DNA from: Minisyncoccota bacterium
GTDB lineage: Bacteria > Patescibacteriota > Minisyncoccia > Phycocordibacterales > UBA2100
Direction: 5' to 3'
Assembly (NCBI GenBank): GCA_043780835.1
Contig: JAYWCB010000001.1
Span: forward strand, 103,738 to 167,737
DNA: 64,000 nucleotides
Shown piece by piece: positions 1 to 9,483 of the stretch. The position numbers and the translations under genes were made by a program. Every line of letters begins with the position of its first letter. Position 1 is the stretch's first letter. The notes below the pieces were generated by a model. It saw nothing but the letters and a program-made list of their open reading frames with translations, was not told the DNA's origin and did no database searches.

Positions 1-42
1 CGCATGACATTGAAAAATCCTCCAGCAGCTCAAGGCCACCAA

Positions 43-477
43 TTAGAGAGCGCCGATCTCACCGAGTTTCTCGGCGAGCGCATCAGCCTGCTTCTCGATT
101 CGGGCTTTGTAGGTGTCCCAGCGGTCTTTGTCCCAGATCTCGACTCGATCAGAGACTCCTGCAAAGACGACTGTTTTATTCAAACCGGCAAATACTTTCT
201 GGTGATCCGGAATGAGTACGCGCCCTGCGGCATCGACCTCAACTTCGGCTGCACCGGAAAGAATGAATCGGTTAAATCCTCGAGTATCTGCTTGTGCAAA
301 CGATAGCTCCTGAAGCTTGGCGGCTACCTTTTGCCACGCCTTTTGCGAATACACAAAGAGGCAGTTATCGAGGCCGCGCGTCATGACCACCTTCTTACCC
401 AACGACGTACGAAAGGACTTCGGAAGCGATATCCGCTTCTTCTCGTCCAGATTGTGTTCGTATTCGCCGATAAACAT
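43..477 (-). CDS. mraZ: division/cell wall cluster transcriptional repressor MraZ
   Basis: MFIGEYEHNLDEKKRISLP...TRGLDNCLFVY...DAAGRVLIP...GVSDRVEIW, two SpoVT/AbrB repeats; ATG at 477. Confidence 0.95.
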   Translation of the reverse strand: MFIGEYEHNLDEKKRISLPKSFRTSLGKKVVMTRGLDNCLFVYSQKAWQKVAAKLQELSFAQADTRGFNRFILSGAAEVEVDAAGRVLIPDHQKVFAGLNKTVVFAGVSDRVEIWDKDRWDTYKARIEKQADALAEKLGEIGAL

Positions 478-504
478 GACCAATTTGATTACTGCGCTGA
501 TTTC

Positions 505-548
505 CCACTTTCTCCCACTAAGTAAGATTATAAACCACTATACCCCAC
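505..548 (-). promoter_or_regulatory. MraZ-binding GTGG direct repeats
   Basis: CCAC on + (GTGG on -) at 505, 515, 535 and 545, 10-bp period, directly upstream of mraZ. Confidence 0.7.
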
Positions 549-558
549 CGCAACACAG

Positions 559-567
559 TTATCCACA
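559..567 (+). promoter_or_regulatory. single consensus DnaA box
   Basis: TTATCCACA, perfect match, in the mraZ upstream region. Confidence 0.4.
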
Positions 568-618
568 CTGCAAAAAACCCCTGTATGTGGGGTTTTCACG
601 GCTGGTTATCGGAAGATT

Positions 619-1242
619 TTACTTCAGCTCAAATCCGAATAGTCTCTCCAGCGCGTTGAGTGAACCAGGCAGAATATTAAAGATGATTGGCAACGCAAAA
701 AGCAGGTACGCCACGTGAATCGAAACAAAAGCCGCACAGATTCCAAAGAACGTGAAAAGTGGAGTGATCAGCTGACGGATTTTCGCCTGCTTGATCAGAC
801 GCGTTGAGACTTCTGCGGTATCAATTTCATCAGAGGACAGCGCGTAGTTAAAAATGATTATATTGAGCACGCCGATCAAAAATATGTTGACTCCGTATAC
901 AACGACCGCAAGAGGAATATTCCGGTAGAGGTCGAGCACGCGCGCCGTGAATGGAATGAGTGATATGAGTGCAAGGTATATAAGATTGAGGATTATTAGT
1001 GATCGGTTGATGGTCTTTGCAAATACGGAGTAGAGGAAATTGTGTCCGATCCAAAACATTGTCAGAACGACAAAACTCAAAAAGAAGACTTCGAATGTCG
1101 GGAGGAGCTCGAAGAGTGCATGCTCAAGCGATGCGCTCGTTTTGATTGCCTCGGTATCCGGGATTTTTACATCGAACACAACAAGCGTAAGGACAATCGC
1201 AAACAAACCATCGGAGAGATTTTCGAGGCGGGATTTATTCAT
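619..1242 (-). CDS. TMEM175 family (DUF1211) membrane protein / potassium channel
   Basis: SRLENLSDGLFAIVLTL N-terminal signature, W..H motif, about 6 TM helices. Confidence 0.9.
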   Translation of the reverse strand: MNKSRLENLSDGLFAIVLTLVVFDVKIPDTEAIKTSASLEHALFELLPTFEVFFLSFVVLTMFWIGHNFLYSVFAKTINRSLIILNLIYLALISLIPFTARVLDLYRNIPLAVVVYGVNIFLIGVLNIIIFNYALSSDEIDTAEVSTRLIKQAKIRQLITPLFTFFGICAAFVSIHVAYLLFALPIIFNILPGSLNALERLFGFELK

Positions 1243-1249
1243 AGATTTG

Positions 1250-1372
1250 TGGACCTACGGGGAGTCGGCGTGACTCACTAAGCTCGGAGCCTCGCTAAGT
1301 GGTCACTGCCCTGGCTCGGCGACCCGCGAGTACGCGGTACACCGCCTCCGCCTTTCAACTCCCCGTAAGCCC
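1250..1372 (-). repeat. tRNA-Ala-derived hairpin element (direct and inverted copies of the tRNA 3' end)
   Basis: 1250-1267 is identical to 1421-1438 (tRNA 3' end); 1356-1372 is an inverted copy that closes a 17-bp stem with G.U pairs on the - strand. Confidence 0.75.
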
Positions 1373-1420
1373 GAAAAATATAGTCAACCAACGCTACGCG
1401 TTGTCTTCTTTATTTTTCAG

Positions 1421-1491
1421 TGGACCTACGGGGAGTCGAACCCCGACCTGTTCCATGCCATGGAACCGTTCTACCGCTATACTATAGGCCC
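1421..1491 (-). tRNA. tRNA-Ala(GGC)
   Basis: Cloverleaf GGGCCTA...TAGGTCC-A, anticodon arm GTTCC-ATGGCAT-GGAAC, T-loop TTCGACT, G3.U70; no encoded CCA. Confidence 0.95.
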
Positions 1492-1505
1492 GTTCGTTTC
1501 GAATC

Positions 1506-3473
1506 CTAACTTTTTTCAATGATGCGCACAATTCCATTATCAGCGTCCACCTCCACCACATCCCCATCAGCCAAGACCTGCGTTGCGATTTTGGTTGCAA
1601 TAATGCACGGCTTTTTTATTTCGCGAGCAACAATTGCCGCATGACAGGTAACGCCTCCCTCGTCGGTAACGAACGCTGCAGCTCTTTGCATCGCAGGCAT
1701 AAAGTCCGGTGTCGTCATCGGAGAAACTAATATATCTCCACTTTGTACGCGTGCCATATCCGCCTGCTTTCGGACAAGTCGCACGACTCCGCGTACCCGG
1801 CCCGGATATGCAGTTTCTCCGTTCACAGAAGTCATCTCCATTGACTCCTGTTTGTCCGAACGAAACAGGTATTCAGGATGCTGCCACACAAAGCTTTCTA
1901 ATGGCTCATTCGAAACCGCAACTCCGTCGATTAGAAGATAGGAGGATAATCTTTGATCGAGAATTTCTATCGAAGGAATCTGACTTACCTCGCCCGCCAA
2001 GACGACACCTGCCTGCTCAGGAGTTATGCCGGCACGTTCGGCAATGTATGCTCGCACAAATGCGTCGTTATCTGCAAAGAAATCAACGATCTCACGCGCA
2101 TGTACCGCTAGGTTTTTTGCTTTTTCCGGGCTGCGTTCGTCCATTCCCGTATACAAGAAGAGTGTCATATTGAAAGCCGCTTTGTAAATAAGATTCCGGT
2201 ACACATCAATATTCCTTTTTTCGCGCGCAGAACTTATTAACGAAAGTAATCCGGTATATTCCTCTAGTACATTCTCTAGAAATGTGATGCCTTTCTTATT
2301 CTCTACTGAAAGCGTGTCCAATAACCATCGAATAGCGGGTTCGTGTTCCCAAATCTCGACAACTCCTTCATGCACTCGGTGTGCAATGAAGGGCGTATGA
2401 GGGTTTTTCAGTCCGAACTTCTGTTCAGGTAACTCCAGGAGCCCCTTTGCCCAAAGTGCTTGCATGAAAAGCGTCGTATCGCGAGAGTATGATTTTTTAA
2501 AGGTTATTTTTGAGATCGCACCTGAGGCTTCAGAAAGTGTTGTTATTGGTCGGCTTTGCGTTATGTAGAACTTTCCCCCTTCGTATACCCATTCAATATC
2601 GCAGGGTAATCCATAATGCGCCTCAATGTGGGCGACCATGTCGGCAAGCTCAAGGATTTGCACGTCTGACAATGCCTGTGAACCTGCCCGAGCAGTTTCT
2701 ATGTCTCGCCATTCATTACCGCCCGTAACGGCCTGGAACATTCCTCGCGCTTGAGAACATATATTTTTGTCGATAATTACCCGCGGGACTTTTGTCACGA
2801 CATATGAATTTGGCGTTACCTGACCGGAGACAATCGCTTCGCCAAGACCAAACCCCGCTTCGATGATCATCTGGTTACGATCTTCGGTAACCGGATGTAC
2901 AGAAAACGCGATGCCCGAAACTTCGCTTTGAACCATTTTCTGAACGACAACGGCAACCGATATCTTTTGTGCACCCATACCCTTTTCAAAGCGATAAAAG
3001 ATTGCGCGTGGCGTAAACAAAGAGGCCCAGCATCGCTGCACGTTGGTGAGTAATTCGGTTTTCGTTGTATTTAAATACGTATCAAGCTGCCCTGCCCATG
3101 CAGCAGCAGCACCGTCTTCGGCCGTTGCACTTGAGCGAACTGCCACAAACTCCGCATCGAGATTCTTGAAATACTTTCGTATTTCTGCCGCGATATCCTC
3201 TGGCATAGATGCCGCATGTAACAAATTCTGGATTTTCTCCGACGCATGCTCAACCGTATGGATGGCATCCTTGTTTACCGTCATAAGAATCGCTTCGATG
3301 TCCTGTCTGAGATCAGACTCATTCAAAAACTGCTCGAACGCGTCGGTGAGAATTACAAATCCCGGCGGTACGGGGATTCCCGCCTGCGTCATTTCGCCTA
3401 GAGATGCTCCTTTGCCTCCCGCTATGTTGACATCATTACTACCGAGATGATCAAAGGGACGTATCAATTCCAT
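1506..3473 (-). CDS. PEP/pyruvate-binding (PPDK_N) protein with C-terminal His-swivel domain
   Basis: GGKGASLGEM, VAVRSSATAED, DIEW...QSRPIT, C-terminal GGVTCHAAIVARE; no C-terminal PEP-binding barrel; likely start MELIRPF. Confidence 0.85.
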   Translation of the reverse strand: MELIRPFDHLGSNDVNIAGGKGASLGEMTQAGIPVPPGFVILTDAFEQFLNESDLRQDIEAILMTVNKDAIHTVEHASEKIQNLLHAASMPEDIAAEIRKYFKNLDAEFVAVRSSATAEDGAAAAWAGQLDTYLNTTKTELLTNVQRCWASLFTPRAIFYRFEKGMGAQKISVAVVVQKMVQSEVSGIAFSVHPVTEDRNQMIIEAGFGLGEAIVSGQVTPNSYVVTKVPRVIIDKNICSQARGMFQAVTGGNEWRDIETARAGSQALSDVQILELADMVAHIEAHYGLPCDIEWVYEGGKFYITQSRPITTLSEASGAISKITFKKSYSRDTTLFMQALWAKGLLELPEQKFGLKNPHTPFIAHRVHEGVVEIWEHEPAIRWLLDTLSVENKKGITFLENVLEEYTGLLSLISSAREKRNIDVYRNLIYKAAFNMTLFLYTGMDERSPEKAKNLAVHAREIVDFFADNDAFVRAYIAERAGITPEQAGVVLAGEVSQIPSIEILDQRLSSYLLIDGVAVSNEPLESFVWQHPEYLFRSDKQESMEMTSVNGETAYPGRVRGVVRLVRKQADMARVQSGDILVSPMTTPDFMPAMQRAAAFVTDEGGVTCHAAIVAREIKKPCIIATKIATQVLADGDVVEVDADNGIVRIIEKS

Positions 3474-3512
3474 CGATGCAGTATGAACTACGGAATCACA
3501 GATACACAATGA

Positions 3513-4022
3513 CTAGATCGCCTGCGGTGCTTGATCGAGCGCCGGCGGATGTGAGAGACATTGTTTCAGTGTCGCACTGTCTGTCCAGCCGCACTTTCCG
3601 TTTGCCTGCGGCTCGCATTTTGCTTTTTTGTAGCAGGCAAATTCAGGGCGAAATTCGCACGTAGATACCCCACCGCCATTTGCTGCGTCCAATGTAGATA
3701 TGCACAACTGTCCCGAGCAACCTGAAGCGACACAACCGCTCGATTCAATATATGGTGTACCCGTTGCAGAAGGCGCGCTTTGCACCGGTTGCGCATCATC
3801 CAGAAATGTCCGACCATCGGGCGTCGCACATTGTTCGGGATACGACTCCATTACCGGATATCCAGCCGCTTTGCATTCCTTGAATGTCGCTATCGAATAC
3901 ATGCGCTGCGTTTTAGCAATATTAGAAAGTGAAAGAAAAAGCCCGGCAATAATCGTGAGTATGATTGTAAGACCGACGAGCGTGACCGTTCGTATCTGTT
4001 TTTTTACCGCGTCTGATTCCAT
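3513..4022 (-). CDS. membrane-anchored cysteine-cluster protein
   Basis: N-terminal TM, FKECKAAGYPVMESYPEQC module, CVASGCSGQLC...STCE...ACY...C...CGW cluster. Confidence 0.7.
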   Translation of the reverse strand: MESDAVKKQIRTVTLVGLTIILTIIAGLFLSLSNIAKTQRMYSIATFKECKAAGYPVMESYPEQCATPDGRTFLDDAQPVQSAPSATGTPYIESSGCVASGCSGQLCISTLDAANGGGVSTCEFRPEFACYKKAKCEPQANGKCGWTDSATLKQCLSHPPALDQAPQAI

Positions 4023-4081
4023 ATGTTGGCATTATAACAGACCCTCGTTTTCCGAGTCATTTTCGTGTTAAATAGTGATAT

Positions 4082-4130
4082 CCTCCTGTCGTTCAATGGA
4101 CCCCCGCACGCGCTATCGCACTCCGAGGAC
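4082..4130 (+). pseudogene. degenerate, internally deleted copy of the tRNA-Arg locus
   Basis: CCTCCTGTCGTTCAATGGA matches the tRNA 5' end at 18/19; the following ~26 nt resemble the tRNA downstream flank near 4277. Confidence 0.5.
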
Positions 4131-4187
4131 AAGTATTGAATGTTCGCGAGTGAGTCAAAAAAGATAATAGGTGCACAATAGTGATAC

Positions 4188-4259
4188 CCTCCCGTCGTTC
4201 AATGGATAGGATGGCCCCCTCCGAAGGGGCCGATGTAGGTTCGACTCCTGCCGGGAGGA
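4188..4259 (+). tRNA. tRNA-Arg(CCG)
   Basis: CCTCCCG/CGGGAGG acceptor stem, GCCCC-CTCCGAA-GGGGC anticodon arm, GGTTCGACTCC. Confidence 0.95.
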
Positions 4260-4346
4260 CACGAGCGCAACGAGTGCCGCACGAGCATCGCAGTGCGATG
4301 AGAATGAAAGTTGAGTTGGAGAAGTTTTCACGTAGTATTCTTTTAC

Positions 4347-4420
4347 GCACCTTTAGCTCAGTTGGTTAGAGCGTTCGATTCACATTCGAAAGGTCATAGG
4401 TTCGAATCCTATAAGGTGCA
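4347..4420 (+). tRNA. tRNA-Val(CAC)
   Basis: GCACCTT/AAGGTGC acceptor stem, TTCGA-TTCACAT-TCGAA anticodon arm, GGTTCGAATCC. Confidence 0.95.
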
Positions 4421-4461
4421 CTAACAGAGTGAAGTCTACATAAAAGTGGTATCGTTTCTGT

Positions 4462-5169
4462 ATGAACTCAAAAAAAGGCTCTATTACATTGAGACTTTTA
4501 ATAGCGATCATTCTGGGAGCGGTAGTGGTTGGTGGCAGCGCGTATTACGTAGGGCGTCAGAGTGTAGCACCTCAAACGCCCTCTTATCAGGAACAAACTA
4601 ATGCTCAGCCCACCGCTCAAGGGAAAGCCGCTGTTATTACTAAGCCAAAACCATCGACACAGTCTTCAGCGCGTGCAACTGGAGTAACCGGTATGAGCAA
4701 GTATGTTAGTTCAAAACACGGATTTTCATTTTGGTATCCGAGCGCATGGACCGTTGTTGAAAAGAGTGTTCCTGCGACTGGAACTGACCGCGCAGGTGAC
4801 ATCATATATTTTGATGTCGGAGGAAAAATAACGCTGATGTTACGGCACACGCTCGAGGGCACTGTTTTCGAAACAGTTAATCGAGTCGCCTCTGCGTCGG
4901 ATGCATCAGGCAATACCATGAGTGGACTTAAAATGTATTCCTTCCCTGACACCGCAAAACCTACAGACGCGTATCACTATTACGGTGCTGCGGTATCGCT
5001 AAATAACAATGTTTTTGTTTTTGTTGGTTGGGGCTCATCTCCTACGTCGCACGACATAGATCCGACACCATTGCTACGAACAATGGTGACAACGGACTCG
5101 TCCGCATCGGTTTCTCCATCAGAGCAGAATAAAGTGATACAAGCTGAAGCAGCTGCTTATTCCCAGTAG
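4462..5169 (+). CDS. membrane-anchored hypothetical protein (PsbP-like Y.S..HGFSF.YP..W motif)
   Basis: N-terminal KKG plus TM helix, S/T/Q/P-rich linker, KYVSSKHGFSFWYPSAW. Confidence 0.7.
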   Translation: MNSKKGSITLRLLIAIILGAVVVGGSAYYVGRQSVAPQTPSYQEQTNAQPTAQGKAAVITKPKPSTQSSARATGVTGMSKYVSSKHGFSFWYPSAWTVVEKSVPATGTDRAGDIIYFDVGGKITLMLRHTLEGTVFETVNRVASASDASGNTMSGLKMYSFPDTAKPTDAYHYYGAAVSLNNNVFVFVGWGSSPTSHDIDPTPLLRTMVTTDSSASVSPSEQNKVIQAEAAAYSQ

Positions 5170-5254
5170 CGAAAGCCGAAGACAGTCACTGTGTTGTAGG
5201 GTAAGTGCACAGAAATGTAAATCTGCTACGATATTTGAGCGATTAGATCTTTTC

Positions 5255-5325
5255 CGGGCCGTAGTATACCGGTAGTACGCATGGCTGGGGGTCATGTAGA
5301 CCGGGTTCGATCCCCGGCGGCCCGA
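5255..5325 (+). tRNA. tRNA-Pro(GGG)
   Basis: CGGGCCG/CGGCCCG acceptor stem, CATGG-CTGGGGG-TCATG anticodon arm, GGTTCGATCCC. Confidence 0.95.
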
Positions 5326-5392
5326 CATAAACGAAGTGAGTGACACGTCTTTCACTTGACTAATACCATATTCTGTGGCTATATAGCAATCT

Positions 5393-5875
5393 ATGGTAAT
5401 CCTTCCTGCGTGGATGCGCATCATGCTTGCCTCAGGCCTCTGCTTTGCAGCAGGCGGCATTTCTGCGCTCTATATAAATGTACAGACCTTCCACTGGTAC
5501 GATGCCTTGAATCGCCCCCTCTTTTTTTCGCTACCACTGCCGGTTATTTTCTTTCTAGCGATTGTTTCATATGCCCTCATATCGATTGCATCAAGCCTCA
5601 TGTGGATTCATGATCCCAAGCCATGGGACTTTCGCGGTTGGGTGCCGCTGTTTTTTACGCATTTACTATTTAACATGGCATGGCTCATCCTTTTTTTCGG
5701 ATACAATGTCATTTTCGTTTCACTTATAGTTGCATTGCTGCTCGCCTTATTTGTTATGCTACTCACCGCTGAGGCTTGGAACCGTAGCCGCATCGCGTTT
5801 TGGCTCTTACTCCCCTACCTTGCGTGGACGCTCTACGCTGTCGGCATGAACATGGCCGTGTGGCTCAATAATTAG
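5393..5875 (+). CDS. tspO: TspO/MBR family tryptophan-rich sensory protein
   Basis: WYDALNRP, LFNMAWLILFF, LLLPYLAWTLYA...N motifs, 5 TM helices. Confidence 0.85.
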   Translation: MVILPAWMRIMLASGLCFAAGGISALYINVQTFHWYDALNRPLFFSLPLPVIFFLAIVSYALISIASSLMWIHDPKPWDFRGWVPLFFTHLLFNMAWLILFFGYNVIFVSLIVALLLALFVMLLTAEAWNRSRIAFWLLLPYLAWTLYAVGMNMAVWLNN

Positions 5876-5925
5876 ATATAGAATTTGAACAAGCAGCAGG
5901 TATTGGCTTTCAAACGACTCAACCA

Positions 5926-7008
5926 TTAACGAATAGTGCCGATGTCGTGGCGAATAGCATTGCGACGCTCGACGAGCTCAGGATAGTTGTAGAAAAACAA
6001 AGTCTTTTGCTCAGCAATAGAATTTCCTCGCGGTTTCGGTAATAACACGTAGGCAGCCCACGATTCAGAAATATCTTCGGCCATATTTTCGGCGGCGTAT
6101 CCGCTCACAAAGTCTCCTTTTTTATACTCACCAAACGGCATTTCATGCGCGCCAATGGAGCTGTGCCAAAATTGCCGGACAAACGCGTGAATATATGAAG
6201 CGGGTCTCGCACACCCCTCGTCGAACATAATCGTTGTGCACGTTGTTGAACTTATCGAAGCGTCGAGTTGACGGTCATTCAAAGTCATAAGGTGCGCGGA
6301 CTCATGAATGAGCGTGTGCACAAAATTACCTCTATCCACGATATGTCCCTGCCGGGTAAACGACACGCCTGCGTTAAGCGCTGCTTGCCACGTGGTCGTG
6401 CCAATCTTCAATACCCAGGCTTGAGAAGGTAACGATGCATTTACGTCATTCAATATAAGGAACTCATCAACTGAGAGCCGATCTTGCGGAGCGATTGCGA
6501 CTTCAAACATATTCCATAGCTCTTGGGGCGTACGACCAAAATATGGCTGACCTGTATGTGAGACCTCTTTGCCAAGTTCCCCGTGCTCGACTTGAAATGT
6601 CCTGTTCATGACTGAATCAGGATCAATTGGTTGATCAGCTCGTTCTGCAGCGGTCGATGTTTCATCATAGGGTGCTTCGACGAAACCAAAATACAGCTTC
6701 AAGTCATCCAGGCTGAGCACATTCATGATTCGTCGATAATTGCTCTCCAGCTTTGCGCATTTCTCATCGGAGCATTTTGCCGTACACGCACCCTCATCCG
6801 CGTCGAAACGCTCAAACGAAAGGCAGAGATTCGGTGTCAGCAATGAATGAGAAGCAAGACGCTCGTCGAGGGCGTTTTCATTGATTTGGTTACCGTATAG
6901 TACGGATCCGGCGACACCCGCAAGCACAAAGATGCAGAGCAGCGTCAATAGAAATGCTCGCGACGGTCGCACATCACGAGCATCGCTCAACCGTCTGAAT
7001 GCACTCAT
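5926..7008 (-). CDS. membrane-anchored putative zinc metallopeptidase
   Basis: N-terminal TM, HESAH zinc motif, FVSGYAAENMAEDISES downstream ligand region. Confidence 0.7.
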   Translation of the reverse strand: MSAFRRLSDARDVRPSRAFLLTLLCIFVLAGVAGSVLYGNQINENALDERLASHSLLTPNLCLSFERFDADEGACTAKCSDEKCAKLESNYRRIMNVLSLDDLKLYFGFVEAPYDETSTAAERADQPIDPDSVMNRTFQVEHGELGKEVSHTGQPYFGRTPQELWNMFEVAIAPQDRLSVDEFLILNDVNASLPSQAWVLKIGTTTWQAALNAGVSFTRQGHIVDRGNFVHTLIHESAHLMTLNDRQLDASISSTTCTTIMFDEGCARPASYIHAFVRQFWHSSIGAHEMPFGEYKKGDFVSGYAAENMAEDISESWAAYVLLPKPRGNSIAEQKTLFFYNYPELVERRNAIRHDIGTIR

Positions 7009-7022
7009 ATCGTCTCTCTGTT

Positions 7023-7052
7023 AAAAACCCTCCGCGTAAGCGGAGGGTTTTT
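7023..7052. terminator. intrinsic terminator after greA
   Basis: AAAAACCCTCCGC-GTAA-GCGGAGGGTTTTT. Confidence 0.85.
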
Positions 7053-7054
7053 AA

Positions 7055-7522
7055 CTATTTTATGTTTACAATTTTATACTTCTGCTGCCCCTTCGGAGTG
7101 TCGAAGGTAAATAAGTCACCTTTCTTTTTTTCCATGAGCGCGCTTCCAAGCGGAGAAAGATGTGAAATCTTTCTATCTTGCATGTTTGCTTCTGCGGATC
7201 CGACAATCTCGTATGTGTGTTCATCTTTTTCGCCCTGCTTCTGAATGGTAACGAAATTGCCGAGAGAAACCGTGTTGCCCTTCGTATGTTCAATAATGCG
7301 TGCGTGCGAAAGCTGTTCTTCAATGACGCGGATACGATCTTCCGTCGCTGCCTGTAAATTGCGCGCCTCTTCGTATTCTGCGTTTTCTGACAGATCGCCA
7401 AGCGAGCGAGCGTACTCCAACTGCTCCGCAATTTCGCGACGGCGTATCGTCTTAAGATGCTCAAGCTCGGTGGTCAATTCGTCGAACTTTTCCTTGCTCA
7501 AATAGTTTGTCTCATCTGTCAT
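7055..7522 (-). CDS. greA: transcription elongation factor GreA
   Basis: ARSLGDLSENAEYEEA, ISHLSPLGSAL; likely start MTDETNYL. Confidence 0.95.
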   Translation of the reverse strand: MTDETNYLSKEKFDELTTELEHLKTIRRREIAEQLEYARSLGDLSENAEYEEARNLQAATEDRIRVIEEQLSHARIIEHTKGNTVSLGNFVTIQKQGEKDEHTYEIVGSAEANMQDRKISHLSPLGSALMEKKKGDLFTFDTPKGQQKYKIVNIK

Positions 7523-7576
7523 AAGGTTTGATGTCGCGCAGTATACAGGATAAAGGTACGGGTACAATGTGGGTAA

Positions 7577-9364
7577 CTAATTGACGTACTCAGGATGCTC
7601 CCGCTTGAGCCAGTAGAAGAAGGGTTGCAAACCGGGTGCGGCACCAGAGGCAGTGTGCGCCGGCGCTTTTTCAAGCACAACCGCGTACGCATATTTTGGA
7701 TTATCTGCAGGCCAAAATCCGATCGACCACGAATTCATATATTCGTTATGCGAACCCAGTTGCGCCGTTCCGGTTTTCGCCGCAATTTGAATGCCTGAAA
7801 TATTTAATGCCTTGACCGTCGCATCGGGGCGATCTGATGTAACCGCCATGCGCATGCCTTCCCGGGCAACCCGAAAGTACGCCACCGGAATATCGATTTG
7901 TCTGAATTCCGCCGTTGATGAGGCAAGTAGCTGCGGTTTTAAAAGCTTCCCCCCGTTTGCAATCGCCGCAGCAAATCGAACTGCTTGTAATGGTGTGATT
8001 TGAAATCCGAATTGTCCGATTGCTGTGTGATAGGTGTCTCCGATGCGCCACGGATCGTTCAGACCAAAATTCTTTTCTTTCCATTGAGGTGTCGGAATCA
8101 CACCCTCAACCTCACCTTTCAGGTCGATGCCGGTTCGCTCCGACATACCGAAGAGCCGTGCGTACTGGTCGATTTTCGAGATACCAAGACCGCGTTGTCC
8201 GCCAAAACCTCCACCAATGGTGTAAAAATATTCGTCTGAGGAAACTGCAATCGCTGTGCGCATGTCGACCAGGCCATGCACTGTCCAGTCCCGAAAAATC
8301 GACGGATTCGAGGGATCGTACGGATTTGGCAATACCAGCTTTCCGGTCGACAGGATACCCTTATCAGGCGAAATAATACCCTCCTGTAACGCAGCTATCG
8401 CAAATACCGGCTTCACGATAGATCCTGGCGTGTACAGTCCGCCGACAGCACGGTTGAGCATAGGCGAGTGCGTATTTTTCGAAATCGCGCTCACGATTGC
8501 GGAGTTTCCATCGGTGAAGGCTTGATTGTCGTACTCAGGAAAACTCGTGAGTGCGAGTAATTCTCCGGTGCGGATATCCATGATGACGGCGGCCCCACCC
8601 TTAAATCCCATTTCCTCCGCATGAGTCGCGAGGATTGTATTAAGTTTACTCTGCACGTCGGAATCAATTGAAAGATGGAGGTCTTCGCCATGCACTGGGG
8701 GAGAAACCATATTTTCCCGCTCCACATGTCCGTGTGCGTCCGCTTCGATCAGGCGGCTTCCGTTTTTTCCCGCAACACGCGCATCGTACGCAAGCTCCAA
8801 TCCCGAAACACCCGTGTATTCTTCTCGCCACCAGGTTCCATGCGCGTCGGATTTCGGATACTGCACAAATCCTAGAATATGTGCCATGCCGGGAACGGTC
8901 GTATATTTACGAAGTGCATACGTGTTGTCGTCTGTCGCGGTGGTGTTATCTTTTTTTGCCGCTATTGATCCATTTGCTGCTGTAATTCCTTCACGCAATG
9001 AATCCGTCGATGTGGAAACAGCGAGGGCGGTTTCGTTCCACGCGAGTTCGCGACCGGATCGATCGTAGATGATCCCACGCGTTGCAAATATAACCGATCG
9101 AGAAAGCGTGTTGTTTATTGAGATATCTTCGTACGTAGCCCCGTGCGCAACCTGTAGCGAAAATGCCCGGTAGCCGAAACCGAGCGAGACAAGTACGAAT
9201 ACTGCCCCGACAGCAAATATCGCTCTATTGGCGACAGGCCGTTCTACCCGACCCTCAAACGAGGCTGCGTTGAAATCCGGCAGATTTGACGAATCAAGAA
9301 AGATTTCCTCGGGCGCAATTTCGTATACTACCCGCATTTTCTTTCTTTTGAGTCGTCCGAACAT
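7577..9364 (-). CDS. mrdA: penicillin-binding protein 2 (class B transpeptidase)
   Basis: RGIIYDRSG, PGSIVKP (SxxK), SSD (SxN variant), KTGTAQ; follows mreBC. Confidence 0.9.
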   Translation of the reverse strand: MFGRLKRKKMRVVYEIAPEEIFLDSSNLPDFNAASFEGRVERPVANRAIFAVGAVFVLVSLGFGYRAFSLQVAHGATYEDISINNTLSRSVIFATRGIIYDRSGRELAWNETALAVSTSTDSLREGITAANGSIAAKKDNTTATDDNTYALRKYTTVPGMAHILGFVQYPKSDAHGTWWREEYTGVSGLELAYDARVAGKNGSRLIEADAHGHVERENMVSPPVHGEDLHLSIDSDVQSKLNTILATHAEEMGFKGGAAVIMDIRTGELLALTSFPEYDNQAFTDGNSAIVSAISKNTHSPMLNRAVGGLYTPGSIVKPVFAIAALQEGIISPDKGILSTGKLVLPNPYDPSNPSIFRDWTVHGLVDMRTAIAVSSDEYFYTIGGGFGGQRGLGISKIDQYARLFGMSERTGIDLKGEVEGVIPTPQWKEKNFGLNDPWRIGDTYHTAIGQFGFQITPLQAVRFAAAIANGGKLLKPQLLASSTAEFRQIDIPVAYFRVAREGMRMAVTSDRPDATVKALNISGIQIAAKTGTAQLGSHNEYMNSWSIGFWPADNPKYAYAVVLEKAPAHTASGAAPGLQPFFYWLKREHPEYVN

Positions 9365-9483
9365 TGTTCTACTATACGCGCTCGCCGCCGTAGTTCAATT
9401 CATGAACCCCGGTAGAAATCACGCCCGCACTTGCGCGCCCCACGGGACTTAGGGCGGGCTATTTCTAACAGGGGTCAACCATT

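Noticed and set aside
484-618. oriC
   Set aside because: One DnaA box only, no cluster or clear unwinding element, and no dnaA nearby
1250-1372. tmRNA or second tRNA-Ala
   Set aside because: Has G3.U70 but is only ~123 nt, with no T-loop, anticodon arm or tag ORF
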